Assembly: GCA_002010215.1 (NCBI GenBank)
Contig: MTMY01000039.1
Span: 1 to 39,796 of the forward strand
DNA: 39,796 nt
Reading direction: 5' to 3'
DNA from: Archaeoglobus sp. JdFR-37
Lineage (GTDB): Archaea; Halobacteriota; Archaeoglobi; Archaeoglobales; Archaeoglobaceae
Position 1 is the first letter of the stretch. Every line of letters begins with the position of its first letter. Below the pieces are notes generated by a model, which worked only from the letters and a program-made list of their open reading frames with translations, was not told where the DNA came from and ran no database searches. Shown here piece by piece: positions 18,615-26,564 of the stretch. Both the position numbers and the translations under genes were made by a program.

Positions 18615-19373
18615 TCAAAGTCTTTTCATGGCTTTTGCGGACTTCTCATAACTTTCCGGTAGCTTAAGAGGAAGCCGCAGGGCGGTGGTGGGTATGGGAT
18701 ATCTGATCCCTCTCCTGTGGGTTTCCTCTAGATTCTTGGCTATTTCTTCTGCCATTCTGTAGGGGAAAGCAAAGGCAACTTCATCATCCTGTGTAAGTCC
18801 GAAAAGTCTGTCTCCGTAGCAGGGCATGACAAATCTTGGCTTATCTCTTGTGAAAGCTTCCAGCAGTTCGCTGCATGCTGCTCTGCCAAGGATTCTCGTT
18901 TCAAAAGCTCCTCCAGTTCGATAAATCGAAGCATGAATCAGGCGGAGAATCTGGGCTGGATTGCCGTAAATTGCAACGAAGTCCGGGATAAAAGCAGCTC
19001 GAGATAGGGGAGAGACAACGCATCCGATGTAGCTCCCGAAATCCAGCTTTTCAACAACCTCTTCAAACTTTTTCCCTGCTTCTACCGACTCTGCATACCC
19101 GGCGTCGTAGGCAAGCTGTCCCGTAGCGTAGAGTTCATCAGGTTCCGCAAAACCAAATGCTACTAGGCCAATCGGGCAGGTAGTGGAGGAGTCGAAGAAA
19201 ATTGTCCACCCGTACTTTCTGGACAGGTTGTATGCTTGGCAGATGGTTATGCCATCGATTCTTCTTGCCCTCTCTGGTACCTCTTCCTGACTTTTAACGA
19301 ATTTGAATGCTATTGGAAAAGTCTGCAATCTCAGAAATCGCTCCAAAGCTTCATTCAGCTCTTTGGGCTCCAT
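18615..19373 (-). CDS. DUF169 family protein
   Basis: PIAFKF, ICQAYNLSRKYG, CPIG, PAQILRL, AACS, PCYGDR, DDEVAF. Confidence 0.85.
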   Translation of the reverse strand: MEPKELNEALERFLRLQTFPIAFKFVKSQEEVPERARRIDGITICQAYNLSRKYGWTIFFDSSTTCPIGLVAFGFAEPDELYATGQLAYDAGYAESVEAGKKFEEVVEKLDFGSYIGCVVSPLSRAAFIPDFVAIYGNPAQILRLIHASIYRTGGAFETRILGRAACSELLEAFTRDKPRFVMPCYGDRLFGLTQDDEVAFAFPYRMAEEIAKNLEETHRRGIRYPIPTTALRLPLKLPESYEKSAKAMKRL

Positions 19374-19460
19374 GAAGGTTGAGGTATTTTTGATGTTCTT
19401 AAGTGTTGTTAAAATCTGTGAATTTCTGGGATAGAGGAGGGGGCAGGGTAGGAGGGATAA

Positions 19461-19489
19461 AGTATGGAAAAAAGGAAAATAAGGAAAAT
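19461..19489 (-). terminator. U-rich terminator candidate downstream of the sRNA pair
   Basis: Minus strand ATTTTCCTTATTTTCCTTTTTTCC directly after box D of the second sRNA. Confidence 0.4.
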
Positions 19490-19490
19490 C

Positions 19491-19547
19491 AAGTCAGCCC
19501 GCATACCCCTCTTCATCGCCGGTCGGGGGCAAGGGTCTCATCACCTG
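19491..19547 (-). ncRNA. C/D box 2'-O-methylation guide sRNA (downstream copy)
   Basis: GTGATGA (C, 19544-19538), guide GACCCTTGCCC, CCGA (D'), CGATGA (C'), guide AGAGGGGTATGCGGG, CTGA (D, 19497-19494); canonical ~50-nt spacing. Confidence 0.8.
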
Positions 19548-19563
19548 TTTTGTCGCTCCATCT

Positions 19564-19621
19564 CTCTCAGCCTATCGGGAGATCTTCATCCCGGCTCAGC
19601 TGAGAGAAAGCTCATCACCCT
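19564..19621 (-). ncRNA. C/D box 2'-O-methylation guide sRNA (upstream copy)
   Basis: GTGATGA (C, 19618-19612), guide GCTTTCTCTCAG, CTGA (D'), GGATGA (C'), guide AGATCTCCCGATAGG, CTGA (D, 19570-19567). Confidence 0.75.
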
Positions 19622-19658
19622 AAATAAATTCATGAACTGATATTTTGCATTTACGGTT

Positions 19659-20957
19659 TTACAGCTCCTTCGGATGCTCGTATAATGGCTTTATCACTCT
19701 ATTAGTCATCCTTCGGTAAGTGTATTCTATTCCCACGGATAATCCAATCATACCAGCCAGAATGCCTGTTTTGAGGGGTGCTTCAACCGATATTTGCCAT
19801 ATCAAGATGGTGAGGGCTAGAAGACATAGTATTGCCCCAGCTAAAGATATCCACCTCTTACTCTTCGTCACATTATGCAACCGGGCATTTGCAAGGTTTA
19901 CTGCTGCGAAGATTATCAGGAAACCAGCACTGCCCATGGTGGATATACTGGACAGGTCAAAGACATTAGCCACAATCAGCACGGTTAGTGCTGTAACAAT
20001 CAGCCCCTCGACAGGCCTGTTCCAGACTTTACGCTCCAAAGCTTCTGGAAGCTCCCCCTCTTTTGCAATTATATAGCTGATTTTGGCAGCTCCATAAAGC
20101 GTAGCGTTTATGGCTGAGCTTGTTGACAGTAATGCTGCAATTGTTATCAGAGTAAAGCCAGCATTACCCATAAAGGGCTTAGCACTGGCTGCAAGAGCGT
20201 AATCCTCTGCTGAAACGATTTGGTCGTAAGGGAGGTTTCCTACAGTCACAAGAGCTACCAGTACATAAACCAGGATAACAAAGCCCACTGAAGTGTAATA
20301 GGCTAGAGGGAGCTTTTCAGGATTTTTCACGTCCTCAGCAGTATTCGCGATGAGTTCAAAACCTTCATAGGCCAGAAATATTATCATCCCCCCTGCTATG
20401 AGCTGGATGGGAGGGGACCAGTTGGATAGATGGAGCCTTTCAGCATCCACACTCCACAGCCCGGCAATGACAAAAAGCAGGAGTATGGCAACCTTGAAGC
20501 CCACAATCCACTCTTCCGCCTTTCCAACAACCGCAGAACCCATAAAATTGAGAGTCGTTAGCAACAAGACAATCAGGCTAATTAAAACGTGCTTCCAGAA
20601 GGGCCTGTGATCGAAGAAACTGGCTCCGTAGCTCCCGAAGGCGTAAGCGTAGAGGGAGAGCATGATGATGTAGCTGAGCCACAGCAGAATGTTCAGGCTT
20701 CCGGTAGTTAGCCCAACTCCAAACGCCTGATTCAGAAACTCCACTGTCCCTCCTTGACTTGGGTAGGTGAACGAAAGACGGGCATATGAATAAGAAGTAA
20801 TCAAAGCAATAAGCCCGGCAAGGGTAAAGGCAATAGGCGTACCACCTTTGGCTAGCTGGACAGCCAGACCCAGAACGGCAAATATACCACCACCAATCAT
20901 CCCTCCTACTCCTATTGAAACAACAGAAAGAAATCCAATCTTGCCTTTGTCTCTCAC
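19659..20957 (-). CDS. APC family amino acid permease (ApcT-like)
   Basis: GVGGMIGGGIF, YPSQGG, FLAYEGFELI; about 12 TM segments. Confidence 0.9.
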   Translation of the reverse strand: MRDKGKIGFLSVVSIGVGGMIGGGIFAVLGLAVQLAKGGTPIAFTLAGLIALITSYSYARLSFTYPSQGGTVEFLNQAFGVGLTTGSLNILLWLSYIIMLSLYAYAFGSYGASFFDHRPFWKHVLISLIVLLLTTLNFMGSAVVGKAEEWIVGFKVAILLLFVIAGLWSVDAERLHLSNWSPPIQLIAGGMIIFLAYEGFELIANTAEDVKNPEKLPLAYYTSVGFVILVYVLVALVTVGNLPYDQIVSAEDYALAASAKPFMGNAGFTLITIAALLSTSSAINATLYGAAKISYIIAKEGELPEALERKVWNRPVEGLIVTALTVLIVANVFDLSSISTMGSAGFLIIFAAVNLANARLHNVTKSKRWISLAGAILCLLALTILIWQISVEAPLKTGILAGMIGLSVGIEYTYRRMTNRVIKPLYEHPKEL

Positions 20958-20969
20958 CTACGCTTCACC

Positions 20970-23243
20970 TCATTTTTTCAAAACATCAACCAATCTTACC
21001 CATTTTCTGGTCATTACTACAGTCTTTGATGTTTTCCTGACCACCTTCTCAGGAAACACCCCCATCAGGAAGTTCTTCAAGAAGGGTTCAGCCGTGGAGC
21101 CAATGAATACTGCATCGTAATTCTCTGCCTCTTCTGCTATTGCTTTCACAGCATCCTCAGCTATTATGAACTTTTGGGAAACTTTGAGGTTATGGGAGAC
21201 TTTAAGGTCTTGGAGTAATTCCTTGGTCTCCTCAAATGCTTTTTGGGCAGTTTTCTCATCATTCTTTGTCTTTCCAACATATATTAAGTCTATCTCGGCA
21301 CCTTCCTGCTTTGCAACGGATTTAGCGAGTTCTGCTGCCAGCGTTGCATGAGGGCCGCCAGCAGTTGGAATTAATATTTTCCTGATGGGTTTCCAACTCT
21401 TTCCGGGCTCAAACCTGATTACTGCTACATCAGATTTCGCTTTAAGCAAAACGGGATCAATTGTGCTCCCCAAGACAAAATCTCTTCTGAATGTTCTGCC
21501 TCTCCACCCCATGATAACGAGATCAGGCTTCTCCTCTTCGATAGCATTCAGAATTGCCTCAGAAGCTCTACGGCCTATTTTAACAATACCTCCTGCTGGA
21601 ACGCTAACATCTTTCATCACCTCTTGAATGAATCTCTTTGATTCCTCAATATATCTGGTGGCGGCAGAGAAAGGTGTTTGAGCTGGTAGCGTTAAAACAC
21701 TGAGGAATACCACCTGCCCTCCCTTATCTCTGGCAATAATTCCAGCAAATCTCCCGAGCTTAGTGGCGATGGCTGGATTTGCTACGGGAACCAATATTTT
21801 GAAAGGCGCCTCTTCAACTGGTTTCTCCTCATAAACTGTTCTGGAAACTTCTTCTAGTCTGTGGGCTCTCTCTTTCTCCGAATATGCAAAATATACTAGA
21901 GAGCCGAAGAGTATCCAGATGGCTGTCACTGCAATTACAAAACCTCCATGCTCCAACTCGGTAAGTAGGTAATATCCTATGACGATCTGGATAAGAATTG
22001 CAATCAGAGGCAAATATGGCACGAGAGGCATCCTGAAAGACCTCTTTAAGTCAGGTCTCCTGAATCTCAGCAGAATCAGAACGAAGTTCACAAGGATGAA
22101 GAGTATGAGAAACATCACATCCGCTGCTGAAGCCACAGCCTCAATGGGTGCCAGAGACATTATAGAGATTATAACGTAGCTGAAGAAAATTGCGAAGTGG
22201 GGTGTTCTTGTTCTCTCATTTATTCTGGCTAGAGATTCTGGCAGATATCCAATTCGGCCCAGAGCAAATGCAACCCTTGATGATGAATATATGGTAGCGT
22301 TCATAGCGCTGATTGTTGAAACGAGTCCGCCAGCGATGATCATGATAGCTCCGAAGGGCATAATCTGGTCTGCAACCCTTATGAGGCTGAATTCTGCAAG
22401 CTTGCCCAAATACATCCAGCTTTGAATATTCGCCTCCACAGATCCTATAAGTGCAAAGGCAACAAGGATGTAGATGGCTACGGCAACCCAAAGCGAGATA
22501 ACTATGGCCTTCGGTATATTCTTTTCCGGCTTCTTTACTTCTTCACCGCTCTGGACTATTATCTCGTACCCCTCAAAGGCTATGAAGGTGAGACCCATAG
22601 CTGCGAGGACACCTGTGACGCCATGAGGTAAGAAGGAAGGGGTTGTGAATGCTGCAATCCAGTCGGGTTTTATCAGGGTTTTGTATATCCCAAAAGCTGC
22701 AAAAAGGGTCAGAATTGATACCTTGAAAAGAGTTACGAAACCACCTACCCTTCCGCTCTCCTTTGCACCAAGATAATTGATGTATGTAAGAAGGGAAACT
22801 ATCAGAAGTGCTGAAATCTTCGAGAGGGTAAACTGGGACAAGTAAGTGAATCCAACGAATTTAATCATGAATTCGGAAAAGAAAGATCCGAATGTCACAG
22901 CATAAAGGGCACAGGCTATCGTATGTGCAGCCCAGTCACACCACCCTGCAAGGAAACCGAAGTGATCACCCATAGCCTCCTTAACCCAGAGATAGCTCCC
23001 TCCAGCTTCTGGTATGGCTGATCCAAGTTCTGCATAGGCCAGACCAGTAAAAGTTGCCGTAATCCCATTCAAAAGAAAGGCAAGGAGAATTGCCGGCCCT
23101 GCAATGCCTGTAGCGATGCCAGTTAGAGCAAAAATGCCTGCACCAATCATCCCTGCAATTCCAATCATTGTAATATCAAAAAGCGTGAGCTCTCTGCTGA
23201 GGCTGACGCGGATGTCTTGCGCCACCCTAACCGCTAAAGGCAA
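20970..23243 (-). CDS. APC family amino acid permease fused to tandem universal stress protein domains
   Basis: GMIGAGIF, ELGSAIPEAGGSY, FIAFEGYE; C-terminal ILVPVAN...LVIMG...LGS and ILIPTAGG...VFIG...MG. Start may be GTG 23225. Confidence 0.9.
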   Translation of the reverse strand: MPLAVRVAQDIRVSLSRELTLFDITMIGIAGMIGAGIFALTGIATGIAGPAILLAFLLNGITATFTGLAYAELGSAIPEAGGSYLWVKEAMGDHFGFLAGWCDWAAHTIACALYAVTFGSFFSEFMIKFVGFTYLSQFTLSKISALLIVSLLTYINYLGAKESGRVGGFVTLFKVSILTLFAAFGIYKTLIKPDWIAAFTTPSFLPHGVTGVLAAMGLTFIAFEGYEIIVQSGEEVKKPEKNIPKAIVISLWVAVAIYILVAFALIGSVEANIQSWMYLGKLAEFSLIRVADQIMPFGAIMIIAGGLVSTISAMNATIYSSSRVAFALGRIGYLPESLARINERTRTPHFAIFFSYVIISIMSLAPIEAVASAADVMFLILFILVNFVLILLRFRRPDLKRSFRMPLVPYLPLIAILIQIVIGYYLLTELEHGGFVIAVTAIWILFGSLVYFAYSEKERAHRLEEVSRTVYEEKPVEEAPFKILVPVANPAIATKLGRFAGIIARDKGGQVVFLSVLTLPAQTPFSAATRYIEESKRFIQEVMKDVSVPAGGIVKIGRRASEAILNAIEEEKPDLVIMGWRGRTFRRDFVLGSTIDPVLLKAKSDVAVIRFEPGKSWKPIRKILIPTAGGPHATLAAELAKSVAKQEGAEIDLIYVGKTKNDEKTAQKAFEETKELLQDLKVSHNLKVSQKFIIAEDAVKAIAEEAENYDAVFIGSTAEPFLKNFLMGVFPEKVVRKTSKTVVMTRKWVRLVDVLKK

Positions 23244-23297
23244 TGGATTTAAAAAGCTTCTGGATTTGCCCTTATAATCTACAAATCCCAGCGCCAG

Positions 23298-23322
23298 AGT
23301 GCCCCAAGCTGGAAGCTTGGGG
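23298..23322 (+). repeat. IS left-end guide tetranucleotide and subterminal hairpin
   Basis: AGTG followed by CCCCAAGCT/AGCTTGGGG; flanking AGCGCCA/TGGCGCT extends the stem. Confidence 0.8.
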
Positions 23323-23342
23323 GTGAATGGCGCTAAGCTGAG

Positions 23343-23913
23343 CTAAAATCCCTGACATTCCTCAATATACTTCTTTATGGTTTCGGAACTAACTTTCCCG
23401 TGAGACCCAACGTAATAGCTCTTGGCCCAGAACTCCCCACCCCACAACTCCTTTTTAAGTTCGGGAAATTCCTTGAAAAGCATCCTTGCCGTATAACCTT
23501 TTATCAGCCTTGCAACTTCACAGGGAGCGAAGCGAGGAGGGACTGAGATGAACATGGACGTGATCAGGCATTATCTCCATAGAGATTATTTCAAATCCGT
23601 ATTTTTCACACTGTTCTTTGATGAGCTCTGCAACTCTGTCTCTGATTTTTTTTCCTCTAGTACCTTTCTTTCTGTACTTGGGAACGAATACGAAGTGATA
23701 GTTCAAACTCCAGACTGTATGTGCCCCCTTCTTTACGTCAAGTTCATCTTCTACCTTCATAATCCAGAAGTATAAGGCCTCGTTAACGGCATCTTCTATG
23801 GCCCCCCTTATCTTTCCGGTTATTTCTGGAGCAACAATTCTGAGCCTTTTGTGTATTTCCTCATCGACGCTTACGTGCATCCTCTTCTTACTCTTACTCC
23901 CATTCTCAGCCAC
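23343..23913 (-). pseudogene. tnpA: Frameshifted Y1 (HUH) transposase TnpA with N-terminal ribbon-helix-helix-like domain
   Basis: YHFVFVPKYR...PDHVH in one frame and FISVPP...IKG..AR...LWGGEFWAKSYY...KKYIE in another; frameshift at ~23553-23556 (CATG where CATATG is expected). Confidence 0.88.
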
Positions 23914-23931
23914 AAAAACTTTATATGCTTT

Positions 23932-23980
23932 AAGTATTAAATACTTTTTATTGATAGAAGTAATAGAAGTAATAACATCA
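23932..23980. promoter_or_regulatory. Palindrome and 9-bp tandem repeats between divergent tnpA/tnpB
   Basis: AAGTATT-A-AATACTT (23932-23946); ATAGAAGTA x2 (23954-23971) then degenerate ATAACATCA; TTTATATG at 23920-23927. Confidence 0.45.
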
Positions 23981-23991
23981 ATAAAACAGCT

Positions 23992-25335
23992 GTGGGAAAG
24001 GCAGTTATCGAGGAAGGAAATCCTGCAAAGGTAGACGAAGTCATGCTTGAATCGAGAAGAGTTTTCAACGAAGTCTTAATCAAACTCTTAGACGGTGTAA
24101 AGGTAAGCGATAAAGATATTCAATCGTTCTTAGTTGGCAATACAAAGCAGAGAATAATAGCGAAGGCAAGGGAGACCTTCAAATCATTCAAAGAGCTCGA
24201 GGAAAAGGGAGAGGCTGAAGAACTCAGAATATACGAAAACAGACCTTTGCCTTTGAGAATGAACTTCGGCGAGGGGTACAACCTCTGGATTGACAGAGAT
24301 GGCAGGATATGGTTCAGGATCACACTGATCCCTCGCAAGGAGTACGTTAAGGGATACCTTGAATTCTCAAAGGAGCAGGAAGAGATAGTTAAGAAGGCCA
24401 TAGAGGAGAAGAAGAAAGCCATCAAGTTGAGAAAACAGGGAATCGATTACACGCCTGAGTACGATATAACGATTGCTGAGCTTGTCAAGCGGAAAGGAGA
24501 ATACTATCTGCACATCACGATAACCAGAAATTTGCCTGTTAAATCGATCAGGTACGCCGCTGGCATTGACGTCAACGAGGACAACGTAACCATCACCGTT
24601 TACGATTTAATGGCGAGAAAGGTCGTTGATTCTTTCATCGTTGATTACGCAATTATCAAGTTCATCAGGCACTACTGGTTTACAATAAGGAAGAGGTTGC
24701 AAGAGCACGGAGCCAAGAGCAAGAGGAAGTTAGGATTTACGGAGAGAGAACACAGGCAGATCGAGTACTTTCTGCACTTCGTTTCGAGAAGGATCGTTGA
24801 TTACCTGACGGGCAAGTATTCTGGATTAATTGTCTTCATGGAGGACCTCGATGGCATCAGAAATGGAAAGGACAGAGACAAAGGGAAGAGAATGAACCGC
24901 CGTTTACATGCGTGGCCATTCCACAAGTTACAGCAGTTCCTCAAGTGCAAGCTCGAATGGATTGGTATACCAGTAAAATTCGTCGATCCCGGGGACACAT
25001 CGCGTAGGTGTTCCCTATGCGGGGTTCTCGGGATAAGGCACAAGAAGCTGTTTGCTTGCCCTAATGGGCACAAAGGCCACGCTGACAGAAATGCTTCCGT
25101 AAATATCCTGATTAGAGGTTGTATTATGCATTTACATGTGCCCTACTCGGCGTTCCGTTCGATGAAGCTTCCGAACTTCAGGATGTGGGGGCTTAGGCGG
25201 GATGAGAGTAGGGGATGGGGCATCGTGAACATGCCTCTCCCCGCCGGGGTGGAGCCGTTTACTGCCGCTCAAAGGCAGGAGGCTGGAAAGCTCAGGTTCC
25301 AGCGGGAGGAGGCCGCAGGCTTCAGCCTGCGGTAG
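23992..25335 (+). CDS. tnpB: RNA-guided endonuclease TnpB
   Basis: RuvC-I GIDVN, RuvC-II FMEDL, Zn finger CSLC...CPNGH, RuvC-III ADRNASVNI; HAWPF; TSRRC. Confidence 0.93.
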   Translation: MGKAVIEEGNPAKVDEVMLESRRVFNEVLIKLLDGVKVSDKDIQSFLVGNTKQRIIAKARETFKSFKELEEKGEAEELRIYENRPLPLRMNFGEGYNLWIDRDGRIWFRITLIPRKEYVKGYLEFSKEQEEIVKKAIEEKKKAIKLRKQGIDYTPEYDITIAELVKRKGEYYLHITITRNLPVKSIRYAAGIDVNEDNVTITVYDLMARKVVDSFIVDYAIIKFIRHYWFTIRKRLQEHGAKSKRKLGFTEREHRQIEYFLHFVSRRIVDYLTGKYSGLIVFMEDLDGIRNGKDRDKGKRMNRRLHAWPFHKLQQFLKCKLEWIGIPVKFVDPGDTSRRCSLCGVLGIRHKKLFACPNGHKGHADRNASVNILIRGCIMHLHVPYSAFRSMKLPNFRMWGLRRDESRGWGIVNMPLPAGVEPFTAAQRQEAGKLRFQREEAAGFSLR

Positions 25336-25360
25336 TTCACATCGACGCCTTAACCACACG
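25200..25360 (+). ncRNA. TnpB omegaRNA (reRNA) scaffold plus guide; 5' boundary approximate
   Basis: Stem GGGGCAT/ATGCCTC whose loop GTGAAC (25225-25230) is complementary to the terminal GTTCAC (25335-25340); stems CTGCC/GGCAG, GCTGGAA/TTCCAGC, CCGCAGGC/GCCTGCGG; guide starts at 25341. Confidence 0.7.
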
Positions 25361-25399
25361 GATAAACACAGATAAATATACCATGCCGTTACTGACACT

Positions 25400-26188
25400 A
25401 TGAATTACGAGAGATTCGAAACCATAAGGTTTTCCACAAAAGAGAGAATTGCTGAAATTATCCTGAACAGACCCGAAGTCCACAACTCTGTGAACTATCA
25501 GATGGCTTCTGACATAGCTGAAGCTCTGAAACTCTGCAGAGATGACGAAATCAAGGTTGTTGTGCTGAGAGGGGAAGGTAAGAGCTTCTGCTCAGGAGCA
25601 GACATCAGAGCATTTATAGAGATGTACAACAACCCTCAAAAACTTACGGAGTTCGGTGATATTTTTCATAATGGCATCATTAAGGCCATAAGGGAGCTTC
25701 CGAAACCTGTAATAGCTGAAGCCAAGGGGTACATTTTTGGAGGCGGTCTGAGCATAATTCTTGCCAGTGATTATGCCATTGCCTCTGAAGACACAACATT
25801 TTCCAGCGGATTTGCTAGAATCGGGCTGAGTCCTGATACTGGCTCATCCTTTTTCTTCCCTAGAGCTACCACCATGAAAAGGGCATTTGAGCTCATGTCA
25901 ACCGCAAGACGATTCGACGCAAAAGAAGCGCTGGGATACGGGATTGTTACAGAAGTCGTTCCACCGACATCACTGGAGGCAAGGGTGAATGAGGTAGCAA
26001 AGATGTATTTGAGGATGCCTAGTAAGGTGATTGCGAGCATAAAGCAGCTTCTTAATGTGAGCTACAGCAATAACCTTGAAGAACACCTCAAACTTGAAAT
26101 GGAGCACGTTATGAGGACTGCAAGAACTGAAGACTTCAGAGAGGGCATAAAAGCCTTTATCGAAAAAAGAGAACCTGAATTTAAATGA
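25400..26188 (+). CDS. Enoyl-CoA hydratase/isomerase (crotonase) family protein, PaaG-like
   Basis: ILNRPE..N, FCSGADI, PKPVIA, GGG, FARIGLSPDTG, DFREGIKAFIEKREPEF. Confidence 0.92.
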   Translation: MNYERFETIRFSTKERIAEIILNRPEVHNSVNYQMASDIAEALKLCRDDEIKVVVLRGEGKSFCSGADIRAFIEMYNNPQKLTEFGDIFHNGIIKAIRELPKPVIAEAKGYIFGGGLSIILASDYAIASEDTTFSSGFARIGLSPDTGSSFFFPRATTMKRAFELMSTARRFDAKEALGYGIVTEVVPPTSLEARVNEVAKMYLRMPSKVIASIKQLLNVSYSNNLEEHLKLEMEHVMRTARTEDFREGIKAFIEKREPEFK

Positions 26189-26202
26189 TAAATTGCTGAG
26201 CT

Positions 26203-26514
26203 CTACCCTTCAGCCTCAGCCTCCTTTTTCATCATTTTCTGCCTCTCTTTAGCAGTGTATCCCGTCAAATCCTCAAGGAACTTGTTGTAAGTTTTTAGGG
26301 TTTCAAATGCAGTCTCGTTATCTACCTTCGGGTTTGTTTTTGATTCAGCACACAACATTTTACCGTCAAACCAGAGTCTGAGCTCCTCAATGGCCTTGTA
26401 TCTGACTACGTAGGTATTTCCATCTCTTTCAAAGCTTCCGAAGTGCTTCACAATCATTTCTTCAAGTCTTTCAGGAGTGGGTTTGTAACCTCTCTTGAAC
26501 TTGTATCTGCGCAT
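26203..26514 (-). CDS. Conserved euryarchaeal small protein (DUF5611-like)
   Basis: MRRYKFKRGY...YNKFLEDLTGYTAKERQK. Start moved to ATG 26514. Confidence 0.7.
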   Translation of the reverse strand: MRRYKFKRGYKPTPERLEEMIVKHFGSFERDGNTYVVRYKAIEELRLWFDGKMLCAESKTNPKVDNETAFETLKTYNKFLEDLTGYTAKERQKMMKKEAEAEG

Positions 26515-26564
26515 AGCAGAAGAAAGAGGGAAAGGATAAATAATTTTGCGATAATTGCTTAAGC

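Larger units (their letters stand above)
23283..25340 (+). mobile_element. IS200/IS605-family insertion sequence with divergent tnpA and tnpB (2058 bp)
   Basis: Left end: CTAC | 15 nt | AGTG + hairpin CCCCAAGCT-GGA-AGCTTGGGG. Right end: GAGG + hairpin CCGCAGGC-TTCA-GCCTGCGG + TAGTTCAC. No target site duplication. Confidence 0.88.

Noticed and set aside
19403..19603. 66-aa plus-strand ORF in the intergenic gap
   Set aside because: It is antisense to the two C/D-box sRNAs and the U-tract, and the composition is not protein-like.
23863..23874. ATCGACGC inside the IS matches the first 8 nt of the TnpB guide (possible self-targeting)
   Set aside because: It is preceded by CCTC rather than CTAC, the match breaks at base 9, and an 8-mer hit in 2 kb is plausible by chance.
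23992..25335. Cas12f/Cas14 CRISPR effector
   Set aside because: No CRISPR array or cas1/cas2 in the window; it is flanked by IS605 ends and tnpA.
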